Below, piece after piece: positions 1-13,504 of a stretch of DNA of 64,000 nucleotides. Every line of letters starts with the position of its first letter. Positions within the stretch are counted from its first letter, which is position 1. This stretch comes from Raja brachyura (Eukaryota). The notes beneath the pieces were generated by a model. The model searched no databases. It was not told the DNA's origin and worked only from the letters and a program-made list of their open reading frames with translations. The DNA is taken from positions 23,250,001 through 23,314,000 of the forward strand of contig OY740797.1 in NCBI GenBank assembly GCA_963514005.1, read 5' to 3'. Position numbers and translations under genes: made by a program.

Positions 1-426
1 CTAAGTTACAGATAAAGGTTGAACAAGTTAGGTCTTTATTCTTTGGAGTGCAGAAGGTTAAGGGGGGACTTGATTGAGGTCTTTAAAATGATGAAAGGGA
101 TAGACAGAGTTGACGTGGATAAGCTTTTCCCATTGAGGGTAGGAAAGATTCAAACAAGAGGGCATGACATGAGAATTAAGGGACAGAAGTTTAGGGGTAA
201 CATGAGGGGGAACTTCTTTACTCAGAGAGTGGTGGCTGTGTGGAATGATCTTCCAGCAGAAGTGGTGGAGGCAGGATCGATTTTAACATTTAAAAGTAAA
301 GTGGATAGGTATATGGACAGGAGGGAATAGAGGGGTATGGTCTGAGTGCAGGTAGATGGGACTGGGGAAAATAAATGGTCGGCGTTTCCGTGCTGTAATT
401 GTTATATGGTTATTATATGGTTATAT
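1..426 (+). mobile_element. CR1 LINE 3' end (ORF2 C-terminus, 3' UTR, microsatellite tail)
   Basis: ORF 19..330 reads LGLYSLECRRLRGDLIEVFKMMKG...RGNFFTQRVVAVWNDLP, the typical CR1 ORF2 C-terminus; ends in a (gttatatg)n-like tail. Near-identical sibling at 11430-11768. Confidence 0.93.
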
Positions 427-2129
427 CATTTTGTGCTTTTATCATCATGTAGATAATTAACCTTTGCTTTTACATTAATTGCTAAAAGTGTTTTACCGTG
501 ATGCCGTTTCTTTTACCTAAGATGACAAAATATTGGGGTAAAGACCACATTTTAGACGAATTGAATTGCAATTGGAAATATGTTGTGTAGGTAGGTTAAA
601 GATTCTTGAGCATAATTAGAGGGCACTTGTAATTATGATCATTTTAAAAGTATTGATTATTGTGTAATGGATAAATCAAATTGCGATATGATAGTTATGA
701 TTTTTTGAGATAAAAATGCTTTTAACCTCTGGCCCAACTCAACCGTTTAGACATTTTCAAAATTAAATGGAATTTGTAGCTATTAGTTTTGGAATTCTGA
801 GAACTTGAGGTCAGTGAGCTGATAAATGATAATCCTATGAAAGAAGAATCAGAAATCCAAGCCCCACTGATTTCATAGGTTACTGTTTATAATAGTTTCA
901 TGGTGGATGAACTTCAAAATAAATGAGTTGAAGCAGCTAGCTGAGGCTGACCCAGAAACCTCCTGAGATGCCACCACTGCAGATAGCAAAGTCTTCCACA
1001 CTGTATGTAGAACAGGAATAGGCTTTTTGGCCCCCAATGTCTGTGGTGAACATGATGGCAAGTTAAACTAATATCCTCTGCCTGCATGTGATCTATACCC
1101 CCCCCCCCCCCTGCACATCCATACACCCATCTAAAAGCCTCTTAAACACCGCTATTGTATCTGCTTCCACCATCACCCCTGTTCCTGGCACCCACCACTC
1201 TCTGTAACAAAACATGTTGCCTCCATATCTCCTTTATGCTTTCCCTCTATGACCTTAATCCCTATGCTCTCTAGACAATGACTGTGCCCCTCATAATTTT
1301 TTTAAACTTCAATCAGGCTTACCATCAACCTCTGTTCCAGAGAAAACAATCCAAGATTGTTCAATATTACAGTATGATTGAAGTAAAAAAAAATGGAAGC
1401 CAGAAAATGAAGTTACACATCCTTGTATTATCTACACTCTAATGAACTGCCTGCATGCACTGTGTTTGATCTTAAAGGTGCCATTAATCCACTGTGAATT
1501 GGCTTTTTGTATTTCACTTCATCGTCATTTGCTTTTTCGTTCTGAAGGTGCATTTATAGTGGACGTTGTGTTGAGATATTCTCCAGCCAACTCCAAAGTA
1601 ACCACTGTGGGATTGCCAAGGCCAGGCATTGGGAAAACAATAAGTCTTCCCATTAGCAGACATTGGTAAAGTCAGCAGATTACTTTGATATTAAAAAAAT
1701 CCCAGAAAATGCTGGAAATATTCAGAGCAGAGAGTGAAACGGACGGGTTGTTAACAGAGAAAGGTTATGCAGGATGGTCGATGAAGGAGAGTTTCATTTC
1801 AAATAGAAATCCAGAAATGTTATTTTCACAGCATTCGCTTAGTACAATTTTGAACATGGACACTGGGAACTTCAGGTGTTAGAATCCTGAGCATAAAACA
1901 ACGTACTGGATTAACAGCGGATCAGGCAGCACCCGGAAGGAAATGGATAAGCAATGATTTGCGTCAGGACCCTTCTGCAGATTGATTGAAGTAGGTGGGA
2001 AAAAGCTGGAAAAGAGATGGTGGCGGGACCAGGCTTAGCTGGTGATATGTGGCTGCATGCGAGGGCAGTAAGGTGGAGCGAATGACAAAGGTTAGTGAAA
2101 AGGAGACAAAAGGGGGTCAGATAAGGTGA

Positions 2130-3568
2130 TAATCTATATTTAGATTGGGCCAATCAAATTGGTAACAGTGTTGAGGAGGTGTATTTCCTGGAATGTATAC
2201 GGGATGGTTTTTTAAACCAATATGTAGAAGAACCGACTAGAGGGCAGGCCGTCCTAGACTGGGTATTGTGTAATTGGGAAGGATTAGTTAGCGATCTTCT
2301 TGTGCAAAGCCCCTTGGGCAACAAAACCAACTGCTTGGGTGGAATTCTGCATTAGGATGGAGAATGACACGGTTAATTCAGACACTAGGATCCTGAACTT
2401 AAAGAAAGGAGACTTTGAAGGTATGAGATGGGAATTGGCTAGGATAGACTGGCAAATTATACTTCAAGGGTTGATGGTGGAGATGCAATGGCAAAGATTT
2501 AAAGACCGCATGGATGAACTCCAAAAATTGTTCATCCACGTCTCGTGAAAAAAGAAAACGGGTAAGGCAGCTCAACCGTGGCTAACGAGGGAAATCAAGG
2601 ATCGTGTTAAATCCAACGAAGAGGCATATAAATTGGCCAGAGGAAGCAGCAAACCGGGGGACAGAGAGAAATTTAGAACTCAACAGAGGAGGACAAGGGG
2701 TTAATTAAGGGGGGGGGGGTGGGGGGGAGCATGAAAGAAAGCTTGCGGGAAATATAAAAACTGACTGTAAAAGCTTCTTTAGATATGTAAAAAGGTAAAG
2801 ATTGTTGATGACAAATGTAGGTCCCTTACAATCAGAGACATATGAATTTATAATGGGAAACAATGAAATGGCAGAACAGTTAAACGAGTAATTTGGTTCT
2901 TCTTCACTAAGGAAGATACAAAGAAACTCCCAGAAATACTAATGGACCAAGGATCTAGTGGGAAGATGCTTGATTCGATCATTAAAGATGTTATAGCAGC
3001 ACATTTGGAAAGCAATGACAGGATCAGTCAAAGTCAGTATGGATTTATGAAGGGGAAATAATGCTTGACTAATCTTCTGGAATTTTTTGAGGATGTAACA
3101 AGTAGAATGGATTGGGGAGAGCCAGTGAATGTAGTGTATCTGGACTTTCAAAAAGCCTTTTGACAAGGTCCCACACAAAAGATTTGTAATGCAGATTATT
3201 ATCTGAATGGTGTCAGATTAGAAAAAGGGGAGGTGTAACGAGACATGTAAGTAAGTAAGTGTGCAGGTACAGCAGGCAGTGAAGAAAACTAATGGCATGT
3301 TAGCCTTCATTGCAAGAGGATTTGAGTTTAGGAGCAAGGAGGTCCTACTGGAGTTATATAGGGCCCTGGTGAGACCATACCTGGATTATTATGTACAATT
3401 TTGGTCTCCTAATTTGAGGAAGGACATTATTGCTATTGAGGGAGTGGAGCATAGGTTCACCAAGTTAATTCCCGCGATGGCGGGACTGACATATGATGAA
3501 AGAATGAGTCGACTGGGCTTGCATTCACTGGAATTTAGATGAGAGGGGATCTTGTAGAAACATAAAAT
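2130..3568 (+). mobile_element. Decayed CR1 LINE ORF2 (endonuclease end to RT, with internal deletions)
   Basis: Fragmentary ORFs NLKKGDFEGMRWELARIDW and QVQQAVKKTNGMLAFIARGFEFRSKEVLLELYRALVRPYLDYYVQFWSP; RT motif YLDFQKAF at ~3136-3160; stops and frameshifts. Confidence 0.92.
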
Positions 3569-4639
3569 TCCTCCTGTTTGCATGCGGCCTCATTCTGGCA
3601 AAAGTGGCGGCTCCAGAGATGTCTTGTCCTACCCACCTCTACCAGCATTCTCTTCTCTACGATAATTGCTCTGAAGAAAGATCACAATCTGACACGTGAT
3701 CCTATCCATTTCCTCCAGAGATTCTGCCGGACCTGCTGAATTACTCTAGCACTCTATGACCATTCTTTAAGGTCAGAAGATAGCCACAAAATGCTTGAGT
3801 CACTCAGTGGGACAGACAGCATCTCTGTAGAGAAGAATGGGTGACATTTTGAGTTTGGTTCGAGACCCTTCTTTTAGCTCGTGTTTAATTGTGGTGTTCT
3901 TAGTACATTTCTCACCAAGTCGGATTGATTCAACAATTTATCGTGTGACCTGAAGAATCCCAGTTTGCAATCCCATATTTGAACTTCGGTATCTGATTTC
4001 CGCCATCATAACAATGGAGCACTATTTTCGGTCTCAGTACAACTGTGCTCTGTTCATGAAATTGTGCGAAAGGTTTGCTATTGATAGCAAATGCCAAACA
4101 CCAGGTAGAATTCAACTTGTTCACCATTTATCTACCATAGTCATATAAGCTGGCAGCACTCCATTGCCTAGGCTACTTCTTGACAAGTTAGCTGAAGATG
4201 ATTATATGATAACTAGACCAAGTGGGACCCGTTGGGCCCCATTCCCCCAACGTAATATTCCACCACTCACCCGTTCCCCCAATGCAACCTGTTTCCACCA
4301 CTCGCCCATTCCCCCAATATTCCACCACTCACCCATAACCCTCAGTTGTGCAGGTTGAAGCTCATACACTCCCTCCCCCTCCTCTTCACCCTCTCTCTCC
4401 TCTTCACCCTCCTTCTCTCGCCTCTCCTCCTCCCTCACCTCTCCTTCCCTCTCCTTTCCCCATCCCTCACCTGTCCCCAGCCCTCACCTCTCCCTCCCTC
4501 TGCTTTTCCCTACCCTCCCTCCCTCCATAACCCCTCTCCCCTCCATACCCCCCCTCCTCTCCCTTTATATCCCTGCTCCACCATTCATCACCTCTCCCCT
4601 ATCAAACTCCCCCACTAGACGCGGCTAAATAACATTTCT

Positions 4640-5350
4640 CCTCCCCCTCCTCCCTCCTTCCTCCCTCCTCCCTCATCCTCCTCCCTCCTCCTTCTCCCTC
4701 CTCCCCCTTCTTCCTCCCCCCACTTCCTCCTCCTCCCCCCCACTTCTTCCTCCTCCTCCTCCCCCCACTTCTTCCTCCTCCCCCCCACTTCATGTTCCTC
4801 CTCCTCCCCCCACTTCCTCCTCCTCCTCCCCCCCACTTCCTCCTCCTCCTCCCCCCCACTTCCTCCTCCTCCTCTCCCCCACTTCCTCCTCCTCCTCTTC
4901 CCCACTTCCTCCTCCTCCACCTCCTCTCCCCCACTTCCTCCTCCCCCTCCTCCTCTCCCCCACTTCCTCCTCTCCCCCACTTCCTCCTCTCCCCACTTCC
5001 TCCTCCCCCTCCTCCTCCTCTCCCCCACTTCCTCCTCCCCCTCCTCCTCCTCTCCCCACTTCCTCCTCCCCTTCTCCCCCTCTTCCTCCTCCCCCTCTCC
5101 CCCACTTCCTCCTGACCCCTCCTCTTCCCCCCACTTCCTCCTCCCCCTCCTCTTTTCCCCACTTCCTCCTCCCCCTCCTCCTCTCCCCACTTCCTCCTCC
5201 CCCTCCCCTCCCCCCCACTTCCTCCTTCCCCTGCCCTCACTTCCTCCTCCCCTGCCCCCACTTCCTCCTCGTCCTCCCTCCCCCGTCCTCCCCCCCGTCC
5301 TCCCCCCCCGTCCTCCCCCACCCCCCCCCCCGTCCTCCCCCCCTCGGCCT
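4640..5350. repeat. Polypyrimidine minisatellite, unit ~CCCCACTTCCTCCTCCT
   Basis: Dozens of imperfect CCCCACTTCCTCC(T) units running into the N gap. Confidence 0.95.
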
Positions 5351-5553
5351 NNNNNNNNNNNNNNNNNNNNNNNNNNNNNNNNNNNNNNNNNNNNNNNNNN
5401 NNNNNNNNNNNNNNNNNNNNNNNNNNNNNNNNNNNNNNNNNNNNNNNNNNNNNNNNNNNNNNNNNNNNNNNNNNNNNNNNNNNNNNNNNNNNNNNNNNNN
5501 NNNNNNNNNNNNNNNNNNNNNNNNNNNNNNNNNNNNNNNNNNNNNNNNNNNNN
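5351..5553. other. Assembly gap (N run)
   Basis: Run of N. Confidence 1.
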
Positions 5554-6819
5554 CTTCTCATTGCACTGGGTGGAACATTGTTGATGGGCAATTTATGTAA
5601 ATGAGATCCCAGTGTGATGTAATTATTGAGTAGAACACTGCTCACGGGCAGTTTATGTAAATTAGATCCCATTGTGAGATCGCAGTTGCTAACTGCCACC
5701 GGAGCTGCTACTGGAACTGCCACAGATGTTTTTTCCAAACTGGATTTTGTACAATTAAAAGCGTGAATAACTTGTAAAATATAACGTCAATCTGAACAAA
5801 AGTTTGATACACCACACCACAGGACAATGGTGAGTAAGGTGGTCCTAAAATTATAGCACTATTGTGGCGTACGATCTAGGATATGGGACAAAAACTATAT
5901 TATTGGCCTATGGTCTAAGGGTCCGCACCTGAATTTGGAATTTGATCAACCTGTAGCCTACATATCTTATTGTCTTCCAAAGCTACTGAACTTGTTTTCC
6001 TACTTTACCTAAAGCCTTCAAAACATTTTCTCCAATTTCTGCCCTGTTAACATTCCACACCAGGGAGAACGGGTTTTACATAATTCTTCTTCCACTTTGA
6101 ATTATTCCGTACTTTAGAGAAAAAATAAACAATTGCTGGACTGTTTGGAGCATGATTTTAAGCAAAAAGTGCAGAATGCTGAAAGGTGTAATTAGAAAAT
6201 GCTGGTTCAAGCAAAGTGAGACCATCCTTCTGTTTTTTAACAAAGTGTTGAACTTCAGTAACTTTTCTTTTATCAAATTCACATTGTATTAGATATATAT
6301 CTGTATTCAATACCTCTGATAATGAAGTAATCAAAGGAAGCAGAAAGTGAGGCAATCACTAATTTACAGATTACTCTTTCGGAGCCAGTAAAACAGGGAA
6401 TATTATCATTTTTCCACAATATGCTTTTCAAAGGAAGGGGCTAGGTAGATTTATCTCTTTTGCAAGTGTTATCCACTGAAAACGTGCTAACATCCATACA
6501 CTATTGCTAATAGTCTATCTCCTCCCCGAACTGGTTCCATCTGCCCACCACCCCTCCTAATCTGGTTCCTCTTATCTCTTGTCACCCTTATTTATCTGTA
6601 GCCTCATGGGTCCCTACATCACCCATCGGCCTGTCTCTGAAAGGGGTCACCTTTTACCCACCCCTATCTTGCTCCATCTGCTACTTTTTTCTCTCTCGTC
6701 TCTACCTAACACCCACCAGCCACTGTCTCCCAAATCTACCCCACCCTTCCCCAAGCTAGTTCTACTTATTGCCCACCAGCCCCTGCCTCACTCCTCCCTC
6801 TCACCACTTTAAACTGACC

Positions 6820-7297
6820 GGGTTTATAATGTTCACATGTACCAAAGAACAATGAAAAGCTTTGTTTTGCTTGCTATCCGATCAAATCAGATGATGCTAT
6901 ACCTAAATACAATTAAGCTGAGCTCATGTACAGTAGGTAGAGGAAAGATACAGTGTAGAATATAATTCTCAGCGTTGTAGAGCACCAGCTCCATGGATAA
7001 AGTCCAATATCCGCAGTGGGGTAAAGCAGAACTTAGTTATAGAGGTGAAAACGCTGTTCCTGTGTCGGGTGGTGCGTCCTTTCAAGCTTCTTTATCTTTT
7101 GCCTGACAGGACTGGGGAGAAGGAAAAATTAGCGTGATGGATGGACTGGGCTACATCCACAACTCTCTGCAATTTCTTGCGGTCGGTCGAAGCTGTTCCC
7201 AAACCAAGTTGTGATGCAACCTGACTGTGCTTTTTATGGTGCATCTGTAGAAGTTTTTTTACAGTAATTGGAGACATGCCAAATTCCCTTAGTCTCA
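6820..7297 (-). mobile_element. Rex1/Babar LINE 3' fragment
   Basis: Minus ORF LREFGMSP...DRKKLQRVVDVAQSI resembles the Rex1 C-terminus; degenerate 3' UTR. Confidence 0.75.
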
Positions 7298-7749
7298 TTC
7301 CTCAGCCCATCTCCCCTCCCCTGCAGTATTAGACGGTGTTGAACTGAAAGCAGCAGGAATTAACTGGATGGGAATGATTTTTACAACTAGCAGATGGATC
7401 AAGCACCAGGAGGCACAGATTTTTAAATTTTGTCTGGAAAAATACAAGGGAATTATACAGATATCTGTTGTGCTGAGTTAGGACAAAATTGTTCTACCGG
7501 GAGTCAGTCATGCCTCCATGGGCGGAATGGTTGACTTCTATGCTATAACAATTCTCTGATATTTCTTTAGTTTTCTGATAGGTGTACTTGCGCGTCCCAA
7601 GATGGTACTTATTTTTTATTGGGGTGGCGATTACCAGTAGTCGGCCTAAAACCATAATTGGTGAAAGTTTCCGCATATCTAATCCAACCTGCATTTCGCT
7701 TTCCCAAAACCAACATCTGCTTACTTTTCACAAACTGCAGATGCCATGA

Positions 7750-8060
7750 GGAAAGAAAGAGTTGCACTTATACACTCCATGCACATTTCCAGAACATGTC
7801 AAAACAGTCAATTCATTCTTGAAATTTAGAAACAGTTACACATAGAAATAGCAGCAGTCAATTTGCCTACATATCACTCCTACAAACAGGAATAATGACT
7901 GTCTTGTTTTATATAAAATTCTTTTGAAGACGAAATATTAGTCAGAATACCAGGAATAATTCATTTCAGCAGTAGATCCATTACTATGCTCAGCATGAGA
8001 TTTCAAACCCAGAATTTACCAATCCAAATATAAGAATGCTAGCAGTTGAGACAAATGTAA
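7750..8060 (-). mobile_element. Ancient DeuSINE (SacSINE1/AmnSINE1-like) remnant
   Basis: gcagcagtcaatttg...ctcctacaaacaggaataatgac...aaatattagtcagaataccagg resembles the reverse-complement Deu-domain region as I recall it; highly diverged. Confidence 0.5.
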
Positions 8061-8825
8061 TTTTAAAACCACCTCTCACCATACCCAGTAACTAGAACTT
8101 AGCCAGAAGATGGACATAGAACAAGTAGGCGGTGATGATTATACATCTTTCCTCACTTTCACTTTTCCAGTCACTAATCAAGACACAGAAGTGTACCAAT
8201 ATGGAGAAAAGTGTAGAAAGATTTGAACTTGGTATAACACAGGGAAAAAATGTACATTTCAGACATGGCACAAAACAGGAAAACCAGAGCACAGACTAAG
8301 AATGTACCAGCTTTTGATAACTTCCATTGGCCAAGCTACTAAAAACAAAAACGTGTGGGTGAACTCAGCATGTTGGGAAGTACGCTGGAATGCATGAAGT
8401 CAGTAAAATACACAGCATTCAGAGAGCTTGGAAATCTTACTTTCGAGCTTGGATCTGGCATCCAACTCCATTAACACATTTATGGAACCAAGAATAATGC
8501 AGTTTCTGAAGGCTGGCAGATCGGCTTCTTTACCAACATGAGCAGAAGCCATCTCTTGTTTGAGTTCTGCGGTGTAAGCACACACTGCTCCCATCTTAGC
8601 ATTGCAAAATTCAAAAGTATGATGTTACAGCAGCTCATCAATCTATCCTTAAATGTGTACCTAGCATTGCTGGGGGACTGCTCTGGGGAAAGATAATGTT
8701 ATTTTGGAGCACAAAACCTTTGTCCTCTCTGAATGCTAAAGCACATACTCCTGTTGCTGTTCTAGTTGTTGCCAATCAGACTGCTGATACCTATTCCCAC
8801 CAAGGAAGCAACATTATTGAACCAG

Positions 8826-11384
8826 CTAACAGAATGGAGCTGACCAAGGCCGCGACGGTTTCCTCATAGAATGGTATAAAATATTTCGGAATGAGCTGAA
8901 CCCATTTCTTCTGAGAACCTTTAACTGGATTATCAAAGAAGGCAAGACACCACCGTCATGGAAAGAGGCAATTATAACATTAATCCCCAAAGAGAACAAA
9001 GACAAGGAAAATTGTACCAACTACAGACCGATATCAATTCTAAATGTGGACTATGAATTATATTCTTCAATTATCTCCAAACCATTTTAAAAGTTCATGC
9101 CGGATTTAATTGATGAAGACCAGACTGGTTTTATAATAGGCAGACAAACACAGGACAGCATTAGAAGAACCCTACATATAATACACAAGATTCAAAAGGA
9201 AAGTATGCGTGCTGTCCTGTTAAGCGAGAACTTTTGATAGGGTTAATTGTGAATTCTTATATCAAACACTAGAAAGATTTGGCTTTACCGAAGAGTCAAT
9301 TCAAGTTATTAAAGCAATTTACCAGCAACCTACTGCAAGAGTAAAGGTGAATGGGTCCTTAACTGAGAGATTTGTGTTAGGAAGAGGAACGAGACAGGGA
9401 TGTTGTCTTAGCCCTACCCTGTTTGCTATATGTATTGAACCATTGGCTCAAGCGATTCGTCAAGATAGGGAACTGAGTAACTATAAGCGACAGAGAACAT
9501 AAAATTGGCCTTTTCGCAGATGATGTAATGATGTATCTCACGGAGGTAAACACCTCATTTCCAAGGATGATGGGGATCATAGATGAATTTAATTTTTATG
9601 CAGGATATAAAGTGAATATTTCAAAAACACAAATCCTCCTATTTAGTTGTCCTCCTCCAGAAGAAATCAAACAAAATTATAATATTAACGGATTCAAAAT
9701 CAATCAAATACCTAGGGATACATATAACAAAAAATATATCAATGTTGTATGGGGCCAACTATAATCACATCAACCAAAACATAAGAAAGGATATAGAAAG
9801 ATGCTCCACCTACCCAATGGATTTTAGTAGTAAGATAAATGTAGTGAAAATGAATATTTTGTCAAGGCTATTGTACTTGTTTCAATCTCTGCCAATAGAG
9901 GTACCATTAAAACAATTCATGGAATGGGATAAATTAATATCTAGATTTATTTGGGGAGGAAAGAAGGCCAGAATTCAATACACTACACTCCAGTTGCCAA
10001 AGGACAAAGGTGGAATGGCACTTCCAAATTTTAGGATATATTTCTATGCAGCCCAACTTCGACCACTAATTAATTGGTGTGAGGACAGCTATATAGCTAG
10101 GTGGAAAGAGATTGAGACACATACCCATGACTTCCACATCCAAACACTTTTGGAAGAAAAAGCACTTCCTGGACATATGAGGAGTATAATCGATCCAATA
10201 ACGATATTTACTTTAGAAACCTGGTTCTCTCTTACCAGACAACTTAAACTGAATAAACGACAAAAAGATTTAAGATGGATAGCTTTGGATAATGAATTTA
10301 AACCAGGGATGTATGACTCAACATTTAAAGAGTGGATGAAGAAAGGAATGACTGCATCTTGTTCTGTTATTTGAAAATGGAGACCTAAGAAGTTTTCAAG
10401 ATTTGAAGGATAGATTTGCACTTCGGAACCAAGACTTGTTTAGATACCTCCAACTGAGAGATGATTACAATAAAAAGGTAAAAAGGGAGGCACTAGAAGA
10501 AAATAATCCAGTGATAGAAGTGATAGTTAGTGCGTATCATCAAAAAACATTAAGGATTATTTCTAAACTTTATCATAGTTTAATGGAATGTCAAGCTAAA
10601 ACTACATTTTATGTAAAATTTAAGTGGGAAAAGTAATTGAACATTATAATCTCAAAAGATGAATGGCATCATATGTGTGTAACACTACAGACATCCACTA
10701 ATTCCCAAAATTGCAGAGAATTTAATTGGAAAAATTTGATTTGTTTCTTTATTACGCCTAACATAAAAAGCACGCAAATTCTAAGGCAGGAAACATGCTG
10801 GAGGCAATGTGGTCAAACAGACGCAAACCATGCACATATCTTCTGGAGTTGCCCAAAAATAGACCCATTTTTGGACAGCGTGAATTCAGAATTAACGGAG
10901 GTATTAGGATATACAGTCTGCAAGAAGTGTTCCATTTTATACCTGGGTAATATAAATACAGTGGTGCTGAACGAAGACCATTAAATTCCTACTCACAGCT
11001 GGCGGAAAGGCCATACAGGAAACTGGCTTGCAGCGGACACACCCAGACTTAGACAATGGTTAGACATAGTACAGGAAATATTTGTCATGAAGGAAATTAC
11101 ATATTCTCTAAGAGTGAAAGAAGATGAGTTGAACAGAAAATGGGAAAAATGGATTAGGTATAGAAATAAAGACATCAACACTGTATAATTTTATAGACAA
11201 TAAGGTAAGTTATTGGAAAATGTTTTAATATGAAAATAGTTCTGTATACTGCATCATTAATTGTAAACCGAAACCCCCGCTGCACTGTTGTACGTTTCAC
11301 TGTAATGTTGTATGTTTCGATGTTATGTTTGTGTTTTATTTGTGTATACATAAAAGCAATAAAAACTAAAGTGAAAAAAAGAAA
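8826..11384 (+). mobile_element. 5'-truncated L1-clade LINE (ORF2 RT to zinc knuckle, 3' UTR, poly-A remnant)
   Basis: Reads [74 protein letters not shown] and CWRQCGQTDANHAHIFWSCP; AATAAA and A-rich tail at ~11358-11384; frameshifted. Confidence 0.95.
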
Positions 11385-11429
11385 TGTTAGTTAAAGAATA
11401 TATTGCAGATATATGTCAGATATCGCATA

Positions 11430-11768
11430 TATAGTTGACGTGGATAAGCTTTTTCCATTGAGAGTAGGGAAGATTCAAAAAAGAGGACATGATTTGTGAA
11501 TTAAGGGGTTTAGGGGTAACATGAGGGGGAACTTCTTTACTCAGAGAGTGGTAGCTGTGTGGAATGAACTTCCAGTGGAAGTGGTGGAGGCAGGTTCGAT
11601 TTTATCATTTAAAAATAAGTTGGATAGGGATATGGACGGGAAAGGAATGGAGGGTTATGGTCTGAGTGCAGGTAGATGGGACTAGGTGAGAGTAAGTGTT
11701 CGGCACGGACTAGAAGGGCCGAGATGGCCTGTTTCCGTGCTGTAATTGTTATATATATATATGTTATA
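11430..11768 (+). mobile_element. CR1 LINE 3' end
   Basis: Nearly the same sequence as ~105-426 (gttgacgtggataagcttttcccattga...ctgtaattgttatat). Confidence 0.92.
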
Positions 11769-11867
11769 GCGACAAAAACACACGTTTGAAAGTAGTTGTA
11801 GAAAGGTATAAGGTGGACTGGAAGTTAAGGTCCTGAATTTGCGAAGGCAGATTTCAGTACCATCATT

Positions 11868-12280
11868 GGGCGGCACAGTGGCGTAGCGGTAGAGCTATTA
11901 CCTTACAGTGCCAGATACCCGGGTTTGATCCTGACTATTGGTGCTGTATATATGGAGTTTGTACATACTCCCCGTGACCTGTGTGTGTTTTCTCCGAGAT
12001 CTTCGGGTTCCTCCCACACACCAAATACTTTAATTGGCTTAGGGTTACACAAAAAGCTGGAGAAACTCAGCGGGTGCAGCAGCATCTAAGGAGCGAAGGA
12101 GATAGGCGACGTTTCGGATCGAGACCCTTCTTCTCTTTAACACTTTAATTGGCTTGGTATAAATGTACAGTTATCCCTAGTATGTGTAGGGTATTGTTAA
12201 TGTGCGGGGAACGCTGGTTGGCACTGACTTCGTGGGCCAGAGGGCTTGTTTCCACGCTGTATCTCTAAACTAAACTAAAC
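11868..12280 (+). mobile_element. tRNA-headed V-SINE (HE1-like) with CR1-type tail, interrupted by a Penelope terminal fragment
   Basis: A-box-like GGCGTAGCGG, B-box-like GGTTTGATCC, V-domain-like ggagtttgtacat..ccccgtgacctg..ttcctcccaca, tail gctgtatctc(taaac)3. Confidence 0.85.
12041..12142 (-). mobile_element. Penelope-like terminal-repeat fragment with target-site duplication
   Basis: Flanked by ctttaattggctt at 12028-12040 and 12143-12155; same family and same ...ctttaaca end as the 31570-31790 element. Confidence 0.8.
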
Positions 12281-12959
12281 AAGACGGTGCCTAGTAAATC
12301 TAGACTGAGAGCTAATGCATACATGAATGCATACATCTAACAAATGGGAGTCATTCAAAAGCAAAATAGTGAGAGGCCCATTGTGTTTAGGTTAAAGGCA
12401 GAACAGCAAATCCAAGGAACACTAGATGCCAAAGGACATTGAGTGGATAAAGAGAGAAAAAAAGGAAACATGTGACAGGTATAGAAATTGAAAACTGAGA
12501 AATCTGTCAAGCGTATACAAAGCCTCGTGGTTGGTGGGGGGATGGATTCTAAAAACAAAATTAGGAGGGCAATGGATTTATGAAACATCTCTGATAGACA
12601 TGGTTAAGAAAAATCTCCCAAAATTACAAGAATACCAAATGTAAGGAGCTAACCAGGGAAAGATTAGGATCTTATGGAAACCAAAGGGCCAATCTGTTCG
12701 TGGAACCAAAGGATGTGGGTGAAGACTGAAATTAATACATCTCACCTGTATTCACTAAGGAGAAAGACATTGTGTTTTGAGAAGTTAAGCAGGAGGGTGG
12801 TGAATTCTACAATGTTAGGAAGGAGGTCCTTGGAGACTTAGCATCTGGATAAACTTCACAGCCTGAATAGGTGCAGCCAATGCTGTCATGCGATTAATGA
12901 TTAATTGTATTTTGTATGTGATCTTACTGAAATTTGTTATTTTCTTCCTCTACCTTTAG

Positions 12960-13012
12960 AAATGGACATGAAAGTATAGAACAGTAAGAAGAATTCAAAT
13001 TGCATTCAAATT
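12960..13012 (+). other. Candidate small non-coding (5'-UTR) exon
   Basis: Branch-like ttactga, pyrimidine tract ttttcttcctctacctttAG, 53 nt, then GTAAGT at 13013; all three frames contain stops; lies in non-repeat sequence. Confidence 0.45.
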
Positions 13013-13504
13013 GTAAGTTCCCTTAAAATACAGTATATTCATTGAGATGTTGTTCCTGTTAATGAATGAGGAAAATAATCAAGGTTGTCTTCAAAACGTT
13101 TTTGAGAAAAGGTGTAACATTAATTCCTGACATTCCCAAGTCCATGACAATTCAAAAGTAGACAAGAAAGCACACAATTGCAACAGCATCAGACATGGGC
13201 TCAGTATTAGCGACAGGAGAAGATGCCACCTTTCAAACCGCCTACTTGCCTGCTTTGCCAAACATCTCCTGCCTCAATCATGTCAATGTGGAGTCTTCAG
13301 TGGTCTTAATGGTCACCTCAGAATCCATAGTTGGAATGGAAGTATCCTGATACACTGCTTAAGAAGAATAGAAACCCGTTCTGTGTTTAAAAGAGTATCA
13401 GCAGGAGTACTGCCTCCAAAGGCCAGTGTAGCATCAAATAAGTAAATCTGATTACCATTATGATCTGCCTACACTACATACTTCTGATGGGCAATCAGTG
13501 GTAC

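Larger units (their letters stand above)
4213..5870 (-). mobile_element. Non-autonomous Helitron-like element (3' end at 4213; 5' end uncertain)
   Basis: Minus strand reads GGGGCCC-AAC-GGGTCCC (hairpin), ACTTGGT, CTAG|T, i.e. the canonical Helitron 3' hairpin plus CTAG before a T. Interior holds short tandem repeats and a C/T-rich minisatellite. Confidence 0.6.

Noticed and set aside
522-590. Possible small exon ending at TAG|GTAGGT
   Set aside because: Weak acceptor, 22-codon ORF without homology.
4346-5738. G/R/E-rich and P/L/S-rich ORFs
   Set aside because: Translations of the minisatellite and N gap.
8400-8640. Minus-strand ORF with faint gag-like AYTAELK motif
   Set aside because: Too short, interrupted by a stop, and no LTR or pol context.
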